DNA of 32,000 nucleotides, taken from Haloplanus halophilus (GTDB taxonomy: Archaea > Halobacteriota > Halobacteria > Halobacteriales > Haloferacaceae). Each line of letters opens with the position of its first letter. The stretch's first letter is position 1. The stretch is taken from NCBI RefSeq assembly GCF_023703775.1, contig NZ_CP098514.1, positions 1,987,998 to 2,019,997 on the forward strand, read 5' to 3'. The position numbers and the translations under genes are program-made. Under the pieces are notes generated by a model that was given only the letters and a program-made list of their open reading frames with translations, had not been told where the DNA came from and ran no database searches. This document shows positions 9,785 through 19,037 of this stretch, piece by piece.

Positions 9785-10861
9785 TCAGTACGCGTCGGCG
9801 TCGACCAGTCGCGCCGCGATGCGCTGGGCGCCGACCGCCGCGGAGAGCTCCGGCCGCTCCGGCGCCACCGCCTCCACCTCGCGCTGGAGTTCGTCGCTCA
9901 GGCGCTCCTCGAACTCCTCGACGATGCCCGGGATGCAGGCCATCCCGCCCGTGAGGACGATGGGGCGGTCCAGCGCCAGCTGGTAGACCTTGATGTGGTC
10001 GTTGGCGAGTTCCGGCAGGAAGGCGTTCGCCACCTCGTCGACGGCCTCGTCGACGTACTCGTCGACCGCGTCCATGACGCTGCGCTCGATGGTGAACTCG
10101 TGGGAGCCGCCGCCGGGCTGCTGGATCACGTCCGTGAACGGCTCGAAGTCGACGAAGTCGGCGTGTTCCTCCTTGTACTCCCGGGCGGTCGTGGTGTCGA
10201 CGTTGACCCGCCCCTGGGTCTCCTCCTCGACGTAGTTGGCGATGCGGCGGTCGACCTCGTTGCCCGTCACCGCGCCCGTGGTGAAGGGGACGAGCTGCTC
10301 GCCGCGGCGGTACGCCGAGGCTTCGAGGTTCGTCGACCCCAGGTTCACGGTGACGAAGATGTCCTCGACGGCCTCCAGGCCGTCGCCGAGGGCCGGGACC
10401 GACCCGCAGAGCGATTCGGGGTAACTGCGGATCAGCGCCTCGCCGACCGCGCTCCCCTCGATGACCGCCTGCAGGTTCTCCAGCCCTCGCTCGTTGTCGA
10501 TGGTCGGGATGGCGTACACCACCGCGCTGTCCGTCGGGACGTCGTTCGCCTCGATGACCTCCTCGAAGAACGTCGCGGTCAACGCCGCGCGGTCCTCGTC
10601 CTCCGGGAGCCCGGAGCGGAGGGTGTACTGCACGCGGTCGGGGTACTCCGTCGCCGCCTCCTCGCCGTAGAGGACGCGCTCCTCGCCCGTGATGACGTCC
10701 TCGTAGGTGGCGAGGCAGGTGAGCGTCTTGACCGTTCGCAACCCGTCGCCGTCGGGGATGGCGATGACCGTCCGGGTGCTCCCGAGTTTCACGCCGATTG
10801 CCGTCGGCTCGTCGTCGCCTGCGGTCGTCTCGTCGCCCGCGTTTTCGTCGGAGTCGCTCAT
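9785..10861 (-). CDS. Actin-fold (ASKHA) ATPase, MreB/ParM-like; probable haloarchaeal actin homolog (salactin/volactin class)
   Basis: 358 aa. Phosphate-1-like AIGVKLGSTRTV, phosphate-2-like VTVNLGSTNLEAS and adenosine motif IVLTGGMACIPGI are present. The N-terminal tail is acidic. Confidence 0.8.
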   Translation of the reverse strand: MSDSDENAGDETTAGDDEPTAIGVKLGSTRTVIAIPDGDGLRTVKTLTCLATYEDVITGEERVLYGEEAATEYPDRVQYTLRSGLPEDEDRAALTATFFEEVIEANDVPTDSAVVYAIPTIDNERGLENLQAVIEGSAVGEALIRSYPESLCGSVPALGDGLEAVEDIFVTVNLGSTNLEASAYRRGEQLVPFTTGAVTGNEVDRRIANYVEEETQGRVNVDTTTAREYKEEHADFVDFEPFTDVIQQPGGGSHEFTIERSVMDAVDEYVDEAVDEVANAFLPELANDHIKVYQLALDRPIVLTGGMACIPGIVEEFEERLSDELQREVEAVAPERPELSAAVGAQRIAARLVDADAY

Positions 10862-10906
10862 GCGGCCGCGGCTACACGCGGGTGTGGTAAATAAGCACTC
10901 CCGGGG

Positions 10907-11425
10907 TCATCGGCCGGCCAGCGTGGCCAGGCGGGCGACGTAGTGCAGGCTCACCCGGTGGTCGTCCGCGTCGAGGTCGTTGGCCGCGTTCGCCCGCGCG
11001 TCGTCGATGCCCGGGAGGTAGGCGTGGAGCGCCTCGGCCGCGTCGCCGCCGAGCCACCCGACGGACGCGTAGAAGTCCAGGGCGTCGGCCACCGACTCGC
11101 GACCCGCCTGCAACACGAGGAACTCCAGCCACTCGAAGATCAGCGCCTCGGCCGTCAGCGACGCCGGGAGCGCAGGGAGGTACGGGCGCTCGCGCGGTCC
11201 CTCCCGCCCCTCCATCGTGACCAGGTCGCGAGCCACCGACGCCTCGAAGGCGGCGTCCGCCGGCGGGCGGTCCGTCGACCGCTCCCCTTCCGCGGCGTCG
11301 TCGGCCTCCGGGGCCGCGTCGTCGCCCGGCCACCTCGCCTCGCTACGGGGCGACGCGCTACGGGGCGACGCGCCGCTGGCCGCCCGGAGTTCGTCGAGGT
11401 CGTAGTTCCGCGGATCGATGGCCAT
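10907..11425 (-). CDS. ArlD/E (FlaD/E)-domain protein, orphan copy outside an archaellum cluster
   Basis: 172 aa. The N-terminus is MAIDPRNYDLDELR. The C-terminal block is PYLPALPASLTAEALIFEWLEFLVLQAGRESVADALDFYASVGWLGGDAAEALHAYL, which resembles the FlaD/E domain (EWLEFLV ... YY..IGWI pattern) as I recall it. Confidence 0.7.
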   Translation of the reverse strand: MAIDPRNYDLDELRAASGASPRSASPRSEARWPGDDAAPEADDAAEGERSTDRPPADAAFEASVARDLVTMEGREGPRERPYLPALPASLTAEALIFEWLEFLVLQAGRESVADALDFYASVGWLGGDAAEALHAYLPGIDDARANAANDLDADDHRVSLHYVARLATLAGR

Positions 11426-11558
11426 TCGAACGGCGGGGGGTACGGCTGCCGGCGAATTAAACCTTCCCGACAGTCAGCCGCGCGTCCGACGCCGCGCGGG
11501 CCGACCGCCCCTCGACCGGGCGAAATCCTTATCCTGCCGCTCTCGTGGGATACGCTCG

Positions 11559-12287
11559 ATGCCGTCCCGCGTCGCGCTCCGCGTGCTCGGTGTCGTGCTC
11601 GGCGTCGCCTTGCTCTCGGTCGGCGCCGTCTTCGGCGGGATACCGCTGTTCAACGAGTACCAGAAGTACCAGCAGGTCGAGACGGCCCGACCGGTGAACG
11701 CGACGGTGGTCGACACCTCGATCTCGCGGCGGGTCGACGACGACCTGCGCGTCCGGGAGGTCCGCTACACGGTGCGGGTCACCTACCGCTACGCCGTCGA
11801 CGGGGAGACGTACACGAGTCGGAACGTCGTTCCGCCGGGCGCGGGTGGTGCCGGCGCCGTCGTCGCGGACACGCGGGCGGAAGCCGAGAACGTCACCGCC
11901 GCCTACGACGCGGGCGACGTCGTGACCGCCCACGTCGTCGCCGGCGATCCATCGGTGGCGTTTCTGCGTCCGCGGCGACCGGGGCCGCTGTCCCTCCTGC
12001 TCCCCCTCGGCCTCGCGCTCTTCCCGCTCTCGCTCGGCGCCGTCGCCCTCGCCACCGGCGCGGGCGTCCTCGACCCGTCGACGACCGCGTGGTGGCGGCG
12101 ACTGGTCGGCGTCCTCGCGACGCTCCTCCCGCTGCTCCCCGTGGGCACCGGGGTCGGCGTCGGCCTCGCCGTCGCGGAGCCGTGGTGGGCTGACGGCCTG
12201 ATCGTCGCGGGGGGGCTGGTGGCCGTCGCCCTCCTCCTCCGGCGCACCGCGCCGATGGTCCTGTTCGGTCGGCGCTGGGGCGGGTGA
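11559..12287 (+). CDS. DUF3592-like membrane protein
   Basis: The internal ATG at 11559 of ORF 11418-12287 gives MPSRVALRVLGVVLGVALLSVGAVFGG (TM). A beta-rich segment follows (VRYTVRVTYRYAVDGETYTSRNV ... GDVVTAHV), then C-terminal TM segments. Confidence 0.7.
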   Translation: MPSRVALRVLGVVLGVALLSVGAVFGGIPLFNEYQKYQQVETARPVNATVVDTSISRRVDDDLRVREVRYTVRVTYRYAVDGETYTSRNVVPPGAGGAGAVVADTRAEAENVTAAYDAGDVVTAHVVAGDPSVAFLRPRRPGPLSLLLPLGLALFPLSLGAVALATGAGVLDPSTTAWWRRLVGVLATLLPLLPVGTGVGVGLAVAEPWWADGLIVAGGLVAVALLLRRTAPMVLFGRRWGG

Positions 12288-12336
12288 GCCCAGGGGTCGG
12301 ACGGCCACGGATCCGGGCGGACGCGACCGGGCGGCC

Positions 12337-13509
12337 TCACACGCCGACGCCGAGCGCCCGGTTCAGGAGCAACGCGGCGACGAGGAGGGCCAGGAGCCCG
12401 GCGACGAGGCCGTAGGCCGCGAACCAGCCGACGGACCCCGCGACCGTCCCCGTCACGCCGCTGCCGAGCGAACTGCCGAGCAGCAGGATCGTCCGCACGA
12501 GGCCGAACCCCGTCCCGCGCTCGTCCGCCCCGAGGTGGTCCATGAACCGGGAGTTGAGCACGCCCGGCCACGAGAGGCCGAGGCCGACGAGCCCCGCGCC
12601 CGCGACCACCGCGACGGTCCCGCCGCCGCCGAACAGGAAGCAGGCGTAGCCGCCGACGCCCGCGAGGAAGGAGCCGACGAGCGCCGGGTCCCGGCCCGTC
12701 GTGTCCGACACCCACCCCAGTCCGGGGGCGGTGACGATCGTAAGCGCGAACACCGCGCCGAACACGAGGCTCGCGCGCCCGGTCGTGAGCCCCACGTGAG
12801 CCGTGAGGAACGTCGGGAAGAAGGAGGCGAACGACTGCCAGGTGAAGAAGGCCACCGTGGCCAGCAGGGTCGTGAACCCGATGCTCGGTCGGGTCAGAAG
12901 CGCGATCAGCCGGCGGGGGGAGACCCCGACGGCCGACGCGTCGCCGCCGCGCGGCGGCGTCTCGGGGACCCGCCACGCGAACAGGACGAGCACCACCGGC
13001 GCGACGGCCGCGGGGACGAGCAGCCCCGCCCGCCAGTCGAACCGGGCGGCGACGGCGGCGCTCGCGACGGGCGCGATCAACCCCGCCGTCGACGCTCCGA
13101 TCTCGTGGATGCCGAGCGCGCGCCCCGTGTCGTCGAACTGCGTCGTGAGAAACGAGGTGCCGGCGGTGAAATACAGCCCCGCGGACGCCCCGAGCGCGAC
13201 GGCCGCGACGGCGAAGACGGCGAAGCTCCGGGCGTTCGCGAGCGCGAGGCTCGTCGCGGCGATGCCGCCCATCGCGAGCAGGATCACGCGCCGCTCCCCG
13301 ATCCGGTCGGCGACGATCCCGCCCGGGAACTGAAAGAGGGCGTAGGCGGCCCACATCCCCGAGAGGGCGATCCCGACCGTCCCGGTCGTGACGCCGAACG
13401 CGTCGATGATGCCGGGGACGAGCGGGCTGGGTGCCAGCCGCGCGACCATCGTCACGAAAAACGCCGCGGTCGTCACGCCGAGCAGATCCCAGCCGCTGGT
13501 TCGGTCCAT
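12337..13509 (-). CDS. MFS transporter
   Basis: 390 aa with about 12 hydrophobic segments. The loop 2-3 motif is GGIVADRIGERRVILLAM. Confidence 0.85.
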   Translation of the reverse strand: MDRTSGWDLLGVTTAAFFVTMVARLAPSPLVPGIIDAFGVTTGTVGIALSGMWAAYALFQFPGGIVADRIGERRVILLAMGGIAATSLALANARSFAVFAVAAVALGASAGLYFTAGTSFLTTQFDDTGRALGIHEIGASTAGLIAPVASAAVAARFDWRAGLLVPAAVAPVVLVLFAWRVPETPPRGGDASAVGVSPRRLIALLTRPSIGFTTLLATVAFFTWQSFASFFPTFLTAHVGLTTGRASLVFGAVFALTIVTAPGLGWVSDTTGRDPALVGSFLAGVGGYACFLFGGGGTVAVVAGAGLVGLGLSWPGVLNSRFMDHLGADERGTGFGLVRTILLLGSSLGSGVTGTVAGSVGWFAAYGLVAGLLALLVAALLLNRALGVGV

Positions 13510-13601
13510 CGTCGGGCGGTCACCCCCGACCCGCTTCGTTCTTGGGTTCGCGGTGCATCCCGCCGCGAGGCTTTTTACTGCCCCGGCGACTGGGTTGGGG
13601 T

Positions 13602-14792
13602 ATGGACCCGGGGGACGTCGAGTACGAACCGGTCAGCGTGAAGGCCGTGCTCGTCGAGATGAAGGACACGGCCGAACTCCTCATCGACCTGTCGTACTCG
13701 GCGGTCCTCCACGGGAGCGACGAGGTGGCCGCCGAGGTGCTGGAACTCGAAGAGCGGATGGACGTGTTGCAGATGCAGGCGCGGATGAGCCTCCTGATGG
13801 CCGCCCGGAGCCCGGAGGACGCCGAGAAGCTGGCGCCCGTCCTCGGCGTCGTCGGCGCCGCCGAGAAGATCAGCGACGCCGCGGGCGACATCGCCAAGGT
13901 GGTGCTGGAGGACATCGGCGTCCCCGAGGCGATGCGGGCCGCGATTCCGGAGGCCGTCGAGTCGGTCGTCCGCGCCCAGGTCGCCCCCGACTCCGACTAC
14001 GTCGGCGCCTCGCTCGGCGGCCTCAACCTCGAGACGGAGACGGGCGTCCGGGTGATCGCCCTCCGGCGCGCCGGCGAGTGGATCGTCAACCCGGACCGCG
14101 AGACGACGTTCGAGGCCGGCGACGCCGCCCTCCTCCGGGGCACCGAGACGGCGCTGTCGGCGGTGTACGAAACCGCCACCGGCGACGCCTACGAGCCGCC
14201 GTCGGCGGTCGACTCCACCATCGACGACCTGGACCGCGCGGTCGACTCCATCGTCCTGATGAAGAACATGAGCGAACTCGCGGTGGATCTGGCCTACGGC
14301 GCCGTCCTCTTCGACAGCGAGGGCGTCGCCGAGGAGGTCGTCGAACTCGAAGCCGAGGTCGACGCCCTCAAATCGCGGTTCGAGGCGTGGGTGTTGCGCG
14401 CCGCCGGCCGGGTCGAGGACCCCATCACCCTCCGGGGGCTCGTCCACCTCGCGAGCGCGACGGAGGTCATCAGCGACGCCGCCCTGGAGATCAGCGAAGG
14501 GGTCCTCCGGGGCCTCGACACCCACCCCGTCGTCGCCGCCGCCGTCGAGGAGTCCGACGAGGTGATCGTCAGGGTGGGCGTGGCCGCCGGGAGCCGGCTC
14601 GCCGACGCCTCGCTCGGCGATCTGGAGGTGAAAACCGAGACGGGGATGCGCGTCATCGCCGTCCGCCGCGGCGACGGCGACTGGGTCATCTCGCCCGGGC
14701 CCGGGACGACCGTCCACGCCGACGACGTGCTGATCGCGAAGGGGACCCGCGACGGCGCGGCGCGGCTGTCGGAACTGGCCGGCGACGCCTAG
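13602..14792 (+). CDS. Potassium-channel-related regulatory protein with duplicated PhoU-like/TrkA-C (RCK_C) modules
   Basis: The internal ATG at 13602 of ORF 13431-14792 gives MDPGDVEYEPVSVKAVLVEMKDTAELLIDLSYSAVL. The architecture is duplicated: LIDLSYSAVL.../VDLAYGAVLF... helices are each followed by an LETETGVRVIALRR / LEVKTETGMRVIAVRR TrkA-C-like domain. Confidence 0.8.
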   Translation: MDPGDVEYEPVSVKAVLVEMKDTAELLIDLSYSAVLHGSDEVAAEVLELEERMDVLQMQARMSLLMAARSPEDAEKLAPVLGVVGAAEKISDAAGDIAKVVLEDIGVPEAMRAAIPEAVESVVRAQVAPDSDYVGASLGGLNLETETGVRVIALRRAGEWIVNPDRETTFEAGDAALLRGTETALSAVYETATGDAYEPPSAVDSTIDDLDRAVDSIVLMKNMSELAVDLAYGAVLFDSEGVAEEVVELEAEVDALKSRFEAWVLRAAGRVEDPITLRGLVHLASATEVISDAALEISEGVLRGLDTHPVVAAAVEESDEVIVRVGVAAGSRLADASLGDLEVKTETGMRVIAVRRGDGDWVISPGPGTTVHADDVLIAKGTRDGAARLSELAGDA

Positions 14793-15142
14793 AGGCGACG
14801 TGCGAGGCGGACGGCGGTCGCCGCCGTCAGCGCCGTCGTCACGAGGAGCGCCGTCGCCGAGGCGAGGACGACCCCGAGGAGGAGAAACCACCCCTCGGGG
14901 CCGACGAACGGGTACCGTTGGGTGCCGGCGTTCGGGCCGAGCAACTCGAAGACGCGAACGAGGTAGACGAGCACCGCGAGGACGGCGCCGGCGGCGACGC
15001 CGACGGCGGCGTTCCGCCGCACCTCCAAGGCGTCGAGCAGTCCCGTCGTCCGTGGCCGATCCGGTCGGTCGTCGCTCACGGTCGTCGTCGGGCCTCCACG
15101 ATCAAAGCCCCGTCGTTGTGTCGGCGGCGGTCGCCCCGTCAC
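14789..15142 (-). CDS. Small hypothetical two-TM membrane protein
   Basis: 117-aa ORF with two clear hydrophobic helices (AAVGVAAGAVLAVLVYLV, WFLLLGVVLASATALLVTTAL). The true start may be the GTG at 15079. It converges on the previous gene with a 4-nt CTAG stop overlap. Confidence 0.5.
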   Translation of the reverse strand: MTGRPPPTQRRGFDRGGPTTTVSDDRPDRPRTTGLLDALEVRRNAAVGVAAGAVLAVLVYLVRVFELLGPNAGTQRYPFVGPEGWFLLLGVVLASATALLVTTALTAATAVRLARRL

Positions 15143-15216
15143 GCCCCGACGCCGTCCCCCGGCCGCCGCGCGCAGGGATCGAATCGCTCAAAGGGGACGA
15201 GTTCCTGTGTCGAACA

Positions 15217-16173
15217 ATGACTTCGGTGGGAAGCGCGGACGCGTCGCCGGGAACGGTCGACACCGGCCGCCTCGAAGCCGGCGAGACGCGCGACGGCAGC
15301 ACGTTCGGCCTCCCCGTGGCCGTCGTCGAGGGCGCCCGCGACGGGCCGACCCTCTACATCCAGGCGGCCAGCGACGGCGACGAACTCAACGGCGTGGGCG
15401 TGGTGCAGCGCCTCGTTCCGCAACTCGACCCCGACGAACTCGCGGGGACGGTGATCGCCGTCGGCATCGTCAACTACCACGCCTTCCAGGTGGCCGAACA
15501 CCGCAACCCCATCGACGACACGAAGATGAACCGGGCCTACCCCGGCGACGAGAACGGCACGTCGAGCGAGCGCATCGCCGCCGTCACCTACGGGGTCGCC
15601 AAGGAGGCCGACCTCGTCCTCGACCTCCACCAGGGCTCGACGAGTCGGATGATCGACGAGGTCCGGGTCCGGTGCGGGCGCCGCCACCGCCTCCACTCGG
15701 AGTGTCTCGACCTCGCGAAGACGTTCGGCTGTGGCTACGTCCTCGACCAGAAGGGCCCCGACGGGCAACTGGCCCGCGTCGCGCCCTCGGACGGCGTGCC
15801 CGCGGTCGACCCGGAACTCGGCGGCGCCGTCGGCTGGGACGAGGACAGCATCGCCACGGGCGTCGAGGGCGTCTTCAACGTCCTCCGCGGCTACGACTTC
15901 CTCGACGGCGACGCGTCCGTGGAGGCCCAGACCCGCGCCAAGGGGTTCGACCAGTACGGCTCGCCGGTCGGCGGCCTCGTCCGCTACCGCCACGACCTCG
16001 GCGACCGCGTGACCGAAGACGAGACGCTGTTCGAAGTGACCGACCCCTTCGGCGGCCTGAAGGCCCGGATCACCGCCGACAACGACGGCATCTTCTGGCG
16101 GAGTCGGCGCCTCCCCCAGGTGGCGACCGGCGAGTACGTCTGCTCCGTCGGGAAGAACGTCGACTCCTACTGA
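15217..16173 (+). CDS. Succinylglutamate desuccinylase/aspartoacylase (AstE/AspA) family zinc hydrolase
   Basis: The internal ATG at 15217 of ORF 14800-16173 gives 318 aa, ...GPTLYIQAASDGDELNGV...NRAYPGDENGTSSERIA...DLHQGSTS.... This is the pattern of the M14-like AstE/AspA family. Confidence 0.75.
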   Translation: MTSVGSADASPGTVDTGRLEAGETRDGSTFGLPVAVVEGARDGPTLYIQAASDGDELNGVGVVQRLVPQLDPDELAGTVIAVGIVNYHAFQVAEHRNPIDDTKMNRAYPGDENGTSSERIAAVTYGVAKEADLVLDLHQGSTSRMIDEVRVRCGRRHRLHSECLDLAKTFGCGYVLDQKGPDGQLARVAPSDGVPAVDPELGGAVGWDEDSIATGVEGVFNVLRGYDFLDGDASVEAQTRAKGFDQYGSPVGGLVRYRHDLGDRVTEDETLFEVTDPFGGLKARITADNDGIFWRSRRLPQVATGEYVCSVGKNVDSY

Positions 16174-17279
16174 TGGCCGTCGACCTCGTCTGTCCGGCGT
16201 GCGGGGAGACGTTCGCCGACCGCTGGCGATGTACCTGCGGCGCCCCCCTCGAGTTCGCCTCGTGCCCGCGTCCGGAGGGTCCCGCCCCCGACCGCTCGGC
16301 GTTCGACCCGCGTCGCGGCCTGTGGGCGTTCGACGACTTCATCCCCGTCGAGCCGTCGGTCACGCTGGGCGAGGGGTTCACGCCGCTGGTCGACGCCCCC
16401 TCCCTGGACGCGACCGTCAAACTGGAGTACGTCTCGCCGACCGGGAGCTTCAAGGACCGCGGCGCCGCGACGGTCGTCTCCCGGGCGGTCGAGGTCGGCG
16501 CCGACCGGGTGATCGAGGACTCCTCGGGCAACGCCGGTGCGGCCATCGCCGCCTACGCCGCCCGCGCGGGCCTCGACGCGGACGTCTACGTCCCCGCGTC
16601 GGTCGCGGCGGCGAAGCGGCGGGCCATCGAGGCGACGGGCGCGCGCGTCGTCGAAATCGAGGGGGACCGCGAGGCGGTCGCCGAGGCGTGTCGGGAGGCG
16701 GTGGGCGAAGCGTCGCCCCGGGGAGACGGCGACGCCGTCGGTGGCGGGTGGTACGCCAGCCACGCCTGGAACCCGGCCTTCTTCGCCGGCACCGCCACGT
16801 TCGGGGTCGAACTCGCCGCCCAGCGGGACTGGTCGGTCCCCGACGCCGTCGTCGTCCCCCTCGGCCACGGGACGCTCCTGCTCGGCGCCTACCGCGGCTT
16901 CCGCGCCCTCGCCGATGCGGGGTGGATCGACGGACTGCCCCGCCTCCTGGCCGTGCAGGCGACGGGCTACGCCCCCGTGGCTGACGGGCGGGGCGGCGCC
17001 GATCCGGACGCGGACGCCAACGACCTCGCCGACGGCATCAGGATCCGGGAGCCGGTGCGACGCGCCCGGATCGAGGACGCCCTCGACGCGACCGACGGCG
17101 ACGCCGTCGCGGTCCCGGAGGCGGCGGTTCGGGACGCGCTGGCCGACCTGCGGGAGTCGGGGTTCGCCGTCGAACCCACCGCCGCCGTCGCCCCGGCGGG
17201 CCTCCGCGCCTACCGCGACCGAGGGGTCGTCGGGGCGGACGCGGACGTGGTCGTCCCCCTCACCGGCCGCGCGAAGTGA
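16173..17279 (+). CDS. PLP-dependent threonine synthase-like enzyme with N-terminal zinc ribbon
   Basis: The internal ATG at 16173 overlaps the upstream stop (TGATG). The protein begins MAVDLVCPACGETFADRWRCTCGAPLEF. It has the PLP-lysine motif PTGSFKDRGA, then DSSGNAGAA. 368 aa. Confidence 0.8.
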   Translation: MAVDLVCPACGETFADRWRCTCGAPLEFASCPRPEGPAPDRSAFDPRRGLWAFDDFIPVEPSVTLGEGFTPLVDAPSLDATVKLEYVSPTGSFKDRGAATVVSRAVEVGADRVIEDSSGNAGAAIAAYAARAGLDADVYVPASVAAAKRRAIEATGARVVEIEGDREAVAEACREAVGEASPRGDGDAVGGGWYASHAWNPAFFAGTATFGVELAAQRDWSVPDAVVVPLGHGTLLLGAYRGFRALADAGWIDGLPRLLAVQATGYAPVADGRGGADPDADANDLADGIRIREPVRRARIEDALDATDGDAVAVPEAAVRDALADLRESGFAVEPTAAVAPAGLRAYRDRGVVGADADVVVPLTGRAK

Positions 17280-17280
17280 C

Positions 17281-17529
17281 TCACCGGATCTCGTCGACGG
17301 CGATGAAGGAGTCGTCGGTCGCCGTGATCCAGGCCGTGAGCCGCCGGTCTTCGGGCACGTCCGACGGGTAGATCGTACACTGACTGCCGTCGCAGCCGAC
17401 GGCCTCGATGGCGTGATCGAGCGCGAACGTGGGCCACCGGTCGAGCGCGGGACTGTCGACGGCCACCGGTCGGTCGCCCTCCCCGGTCGAACTCACGGGC
17501 GGCCTCCCGGACGTGCGATTCGCTGACAC
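17281..17529 (-). CDS. Small conserved haloarchaeal protein (DUF7511-like; family recalled from memory)
   Basis: 82 aa with a GTG start (uncertain). The C-terminal half, CDGSQCTIYPSDVPEDRRLTAWITATDDSFIAVDEIR, resembles a widespread small halo-protein motif. Confidence 0.5.
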   Translation of the reverse strand: MSANRTSGRPPVSSTGEGDRPVAVDSPALDRWPTFALDHAIEAVGCDGSQCTIYPSDVPEDRRLTAWITATDDSFIAVDEIR

Positions 17530-17620
17530 ATCACGTCGACCGTCGCGCCCCGGCCCCTTCCCTATTCACCCCTTACTGCGGGTTAACGACTCATTGAACC
17601 CCGGAAACGCCGGCCTACCG

Positions 17621-18889
17621 TCACCGCTCGGGGTGGGTCGGCGCGTCGAACCCGCCCCGGATCAGCGGCTTGGCGACGTGTCGGCGGGCACACGGCGGCA
17701 CTTCGTACCACCCCGGGTCGAGGCGACGGTCGAGTTCGCGCTCGACCCTGCCGGGGGCCGCCGTCCCGCAGTCCCGGCACCGGTAGCCCTGATCCCGCCC
17801 GGCGCTCTCCATCGACCGCCCGCAGTCCGGGCACGTCGGCACGACGCGTTCGGTCGTCACGGGGTCGCGGAGGGCGAACTTCTCGAGTTTGAGCGTGCCC
17901 TCTCCCACCTCGCCACAGACGGTCACGCGGTCGCCGGGACGGAGCGCCCGCACCCGGTCGCGGAACCGCTTTGTCGGTTCGAACGCGACGCAGGGCAGCG
18001 TCGCGCCGTCCTCGCGGAGCGTCAGGTGGACGTGCCCGCCCGCGCGCGTCTCGGGCGCGTCGTCGACGACGCCGTCGACGCGGTAGCTCCGTCCGTCCTC
18101 GACGCCCCCCACACGGCCCGGGCGCAGGTGGGCGTCGGTCCCCTGATTCGTCACGAACGTCGCCTCGCGGTCGACCGGTTCGCCCTCGATGGCTCGCGCG
18201 ACCGACCGCACCGTCCCGGGGTCGTCCCCGCGGATGCCGTAGAGGATCGGCCCCGGCGCCGCGGGGACGCAGACGAGTTCCCCCTCCGTCCGGTCGACGG
18301 TGTCCCAGGCGTCGGGGTAGGCGTCCCGGGCCGCCGCCAGAACCGAGTCGCGGTCGACCTCCCGGGGCGTGCCACACCGCTCCAGTTCCCGGTACGCGAC
18401 GTGTTCGTAGGTCCAGTCGTCGAAGGCGCGCCCGGCGCCGACGGCCGCGAGGGCGCCAACCCGCCCCCGGCCGCCGTCCCAGCCGCGGTTGCGGTAGTTC
18501 AGGTCGTCGAGCAGGCGTTCGGCCTCGCCGGGGTCGATCCGCTCCCGGAGCGCGCGGCGGGCGAACGCGGCGACCGAGTCGGGGACCGACGCCGCCGACC
18601 CCGCGGCGACGACCAGCCCCGGACTCGTCCGCGGGTCCTCGACGGCAGCCAGCGCCTCGATTTCGGCGGCCGCGACGTCGAACGCGCGGTCGGGGTCGAG
18701 GTCGGTCTCGACACACAGCGCGGCGTTGCCGCGGGTCTTCCACTCGACGGCGGGGTTGAGGCGGACCAGCCGTCGCTCCCTGAGGTCGCCCCCGGCGGCC
18801 GCGATGGCCGCGGCGACGCGGGTCGCCACGTACGTCGTGCACATCCCCCGTTCCCGGGAGTCGGTGTCGTCGAGGCCGACGAGCGTCAC
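17621..18889 (-). CDS. tiaS: tRNA(Ile2) 2-agmatinylcytidine synthetase
   Basis: 422 aa with a GTG start. The N-terminus is TLVGLDDTDSRERGMCTTYV. There is an OB-like middle region. The C-terminus carries zinc ribbons (CPDCGRSMESAGRDQGYRCRDCG). Confidence 0.9.
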   Translation of the reverse strand: MTLVGLDDTDSRERGMCTTYVATRVAAAIAAAGGDLRERRLVRLNPAVEWKTRGNAALCVETDLDPDRAFDVAAAEIEALAAVEDPRTSPGLVVAAGSAASVPDSVAAFARRALRERIDPGEAERLLDDLNYRNRGWDGGRGRVGALAAVGAGRAFDDWTYEHVAYRELERCGTPREVDRDSVLAAARDAYPDAWDTVDRTEGELVCVPAAPGPILYGIRGDDPGTVRSVARAIEGEPVDREATFVTNQGTDAHLRPGRVGGVEDGRSYRVDGVVDDAPETRAGGHVHLTLREDGATLPCVAFEPTKRFRDRVRALRPGDRVTVCGEVGEGTLKLEKFALRDPVTTERVVPTCPDCGRSMESAGRDQGYRCRDCGTAAPGRVERELDRRLDPGWYEVPPCARRHVAKPLIRGGFDAPTHPER

Positions 18890-19005
18890 TGGGGGGGGCT
18901 ACGCCGGGGGGCGTTGAAAGCCGTTTCGCGTCGACTGGCGCGCGGACCCGCCGCCCGACCGCTCGGCGGCCAATCGCCGGACGCCGACGGAATCGCCGAC
19001 ACAAC

Positions 19006-19013
19006 TTATATAT
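19006..19013 (+). promoter_or_regulatory. TATA box of the HTH regulator gene (leaderless transcript likely)
   Basis: TTATATAT is centred about 28 nt upstream of the ATG at 19038, in an otherwise GC-rich spacer. Confidence 0.5.
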
Positions 19014-19037
19014 GTCACGGAGCGCTTACCTGCCGGT

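Noticed and set aside
11342-11371. Short perfect in-frame tandem duplications: 15 bp x 2 here (SASPRSASPRS), 15 bp x 2.4 at 30187-30223, and 12-bp units near 690-740
   Set aside because: They lie in low-complexity linker regions of otherwise normal genes and are most simply explained by replication slippage. They are noted only as background for the larger 30- and 33-bp arrays.
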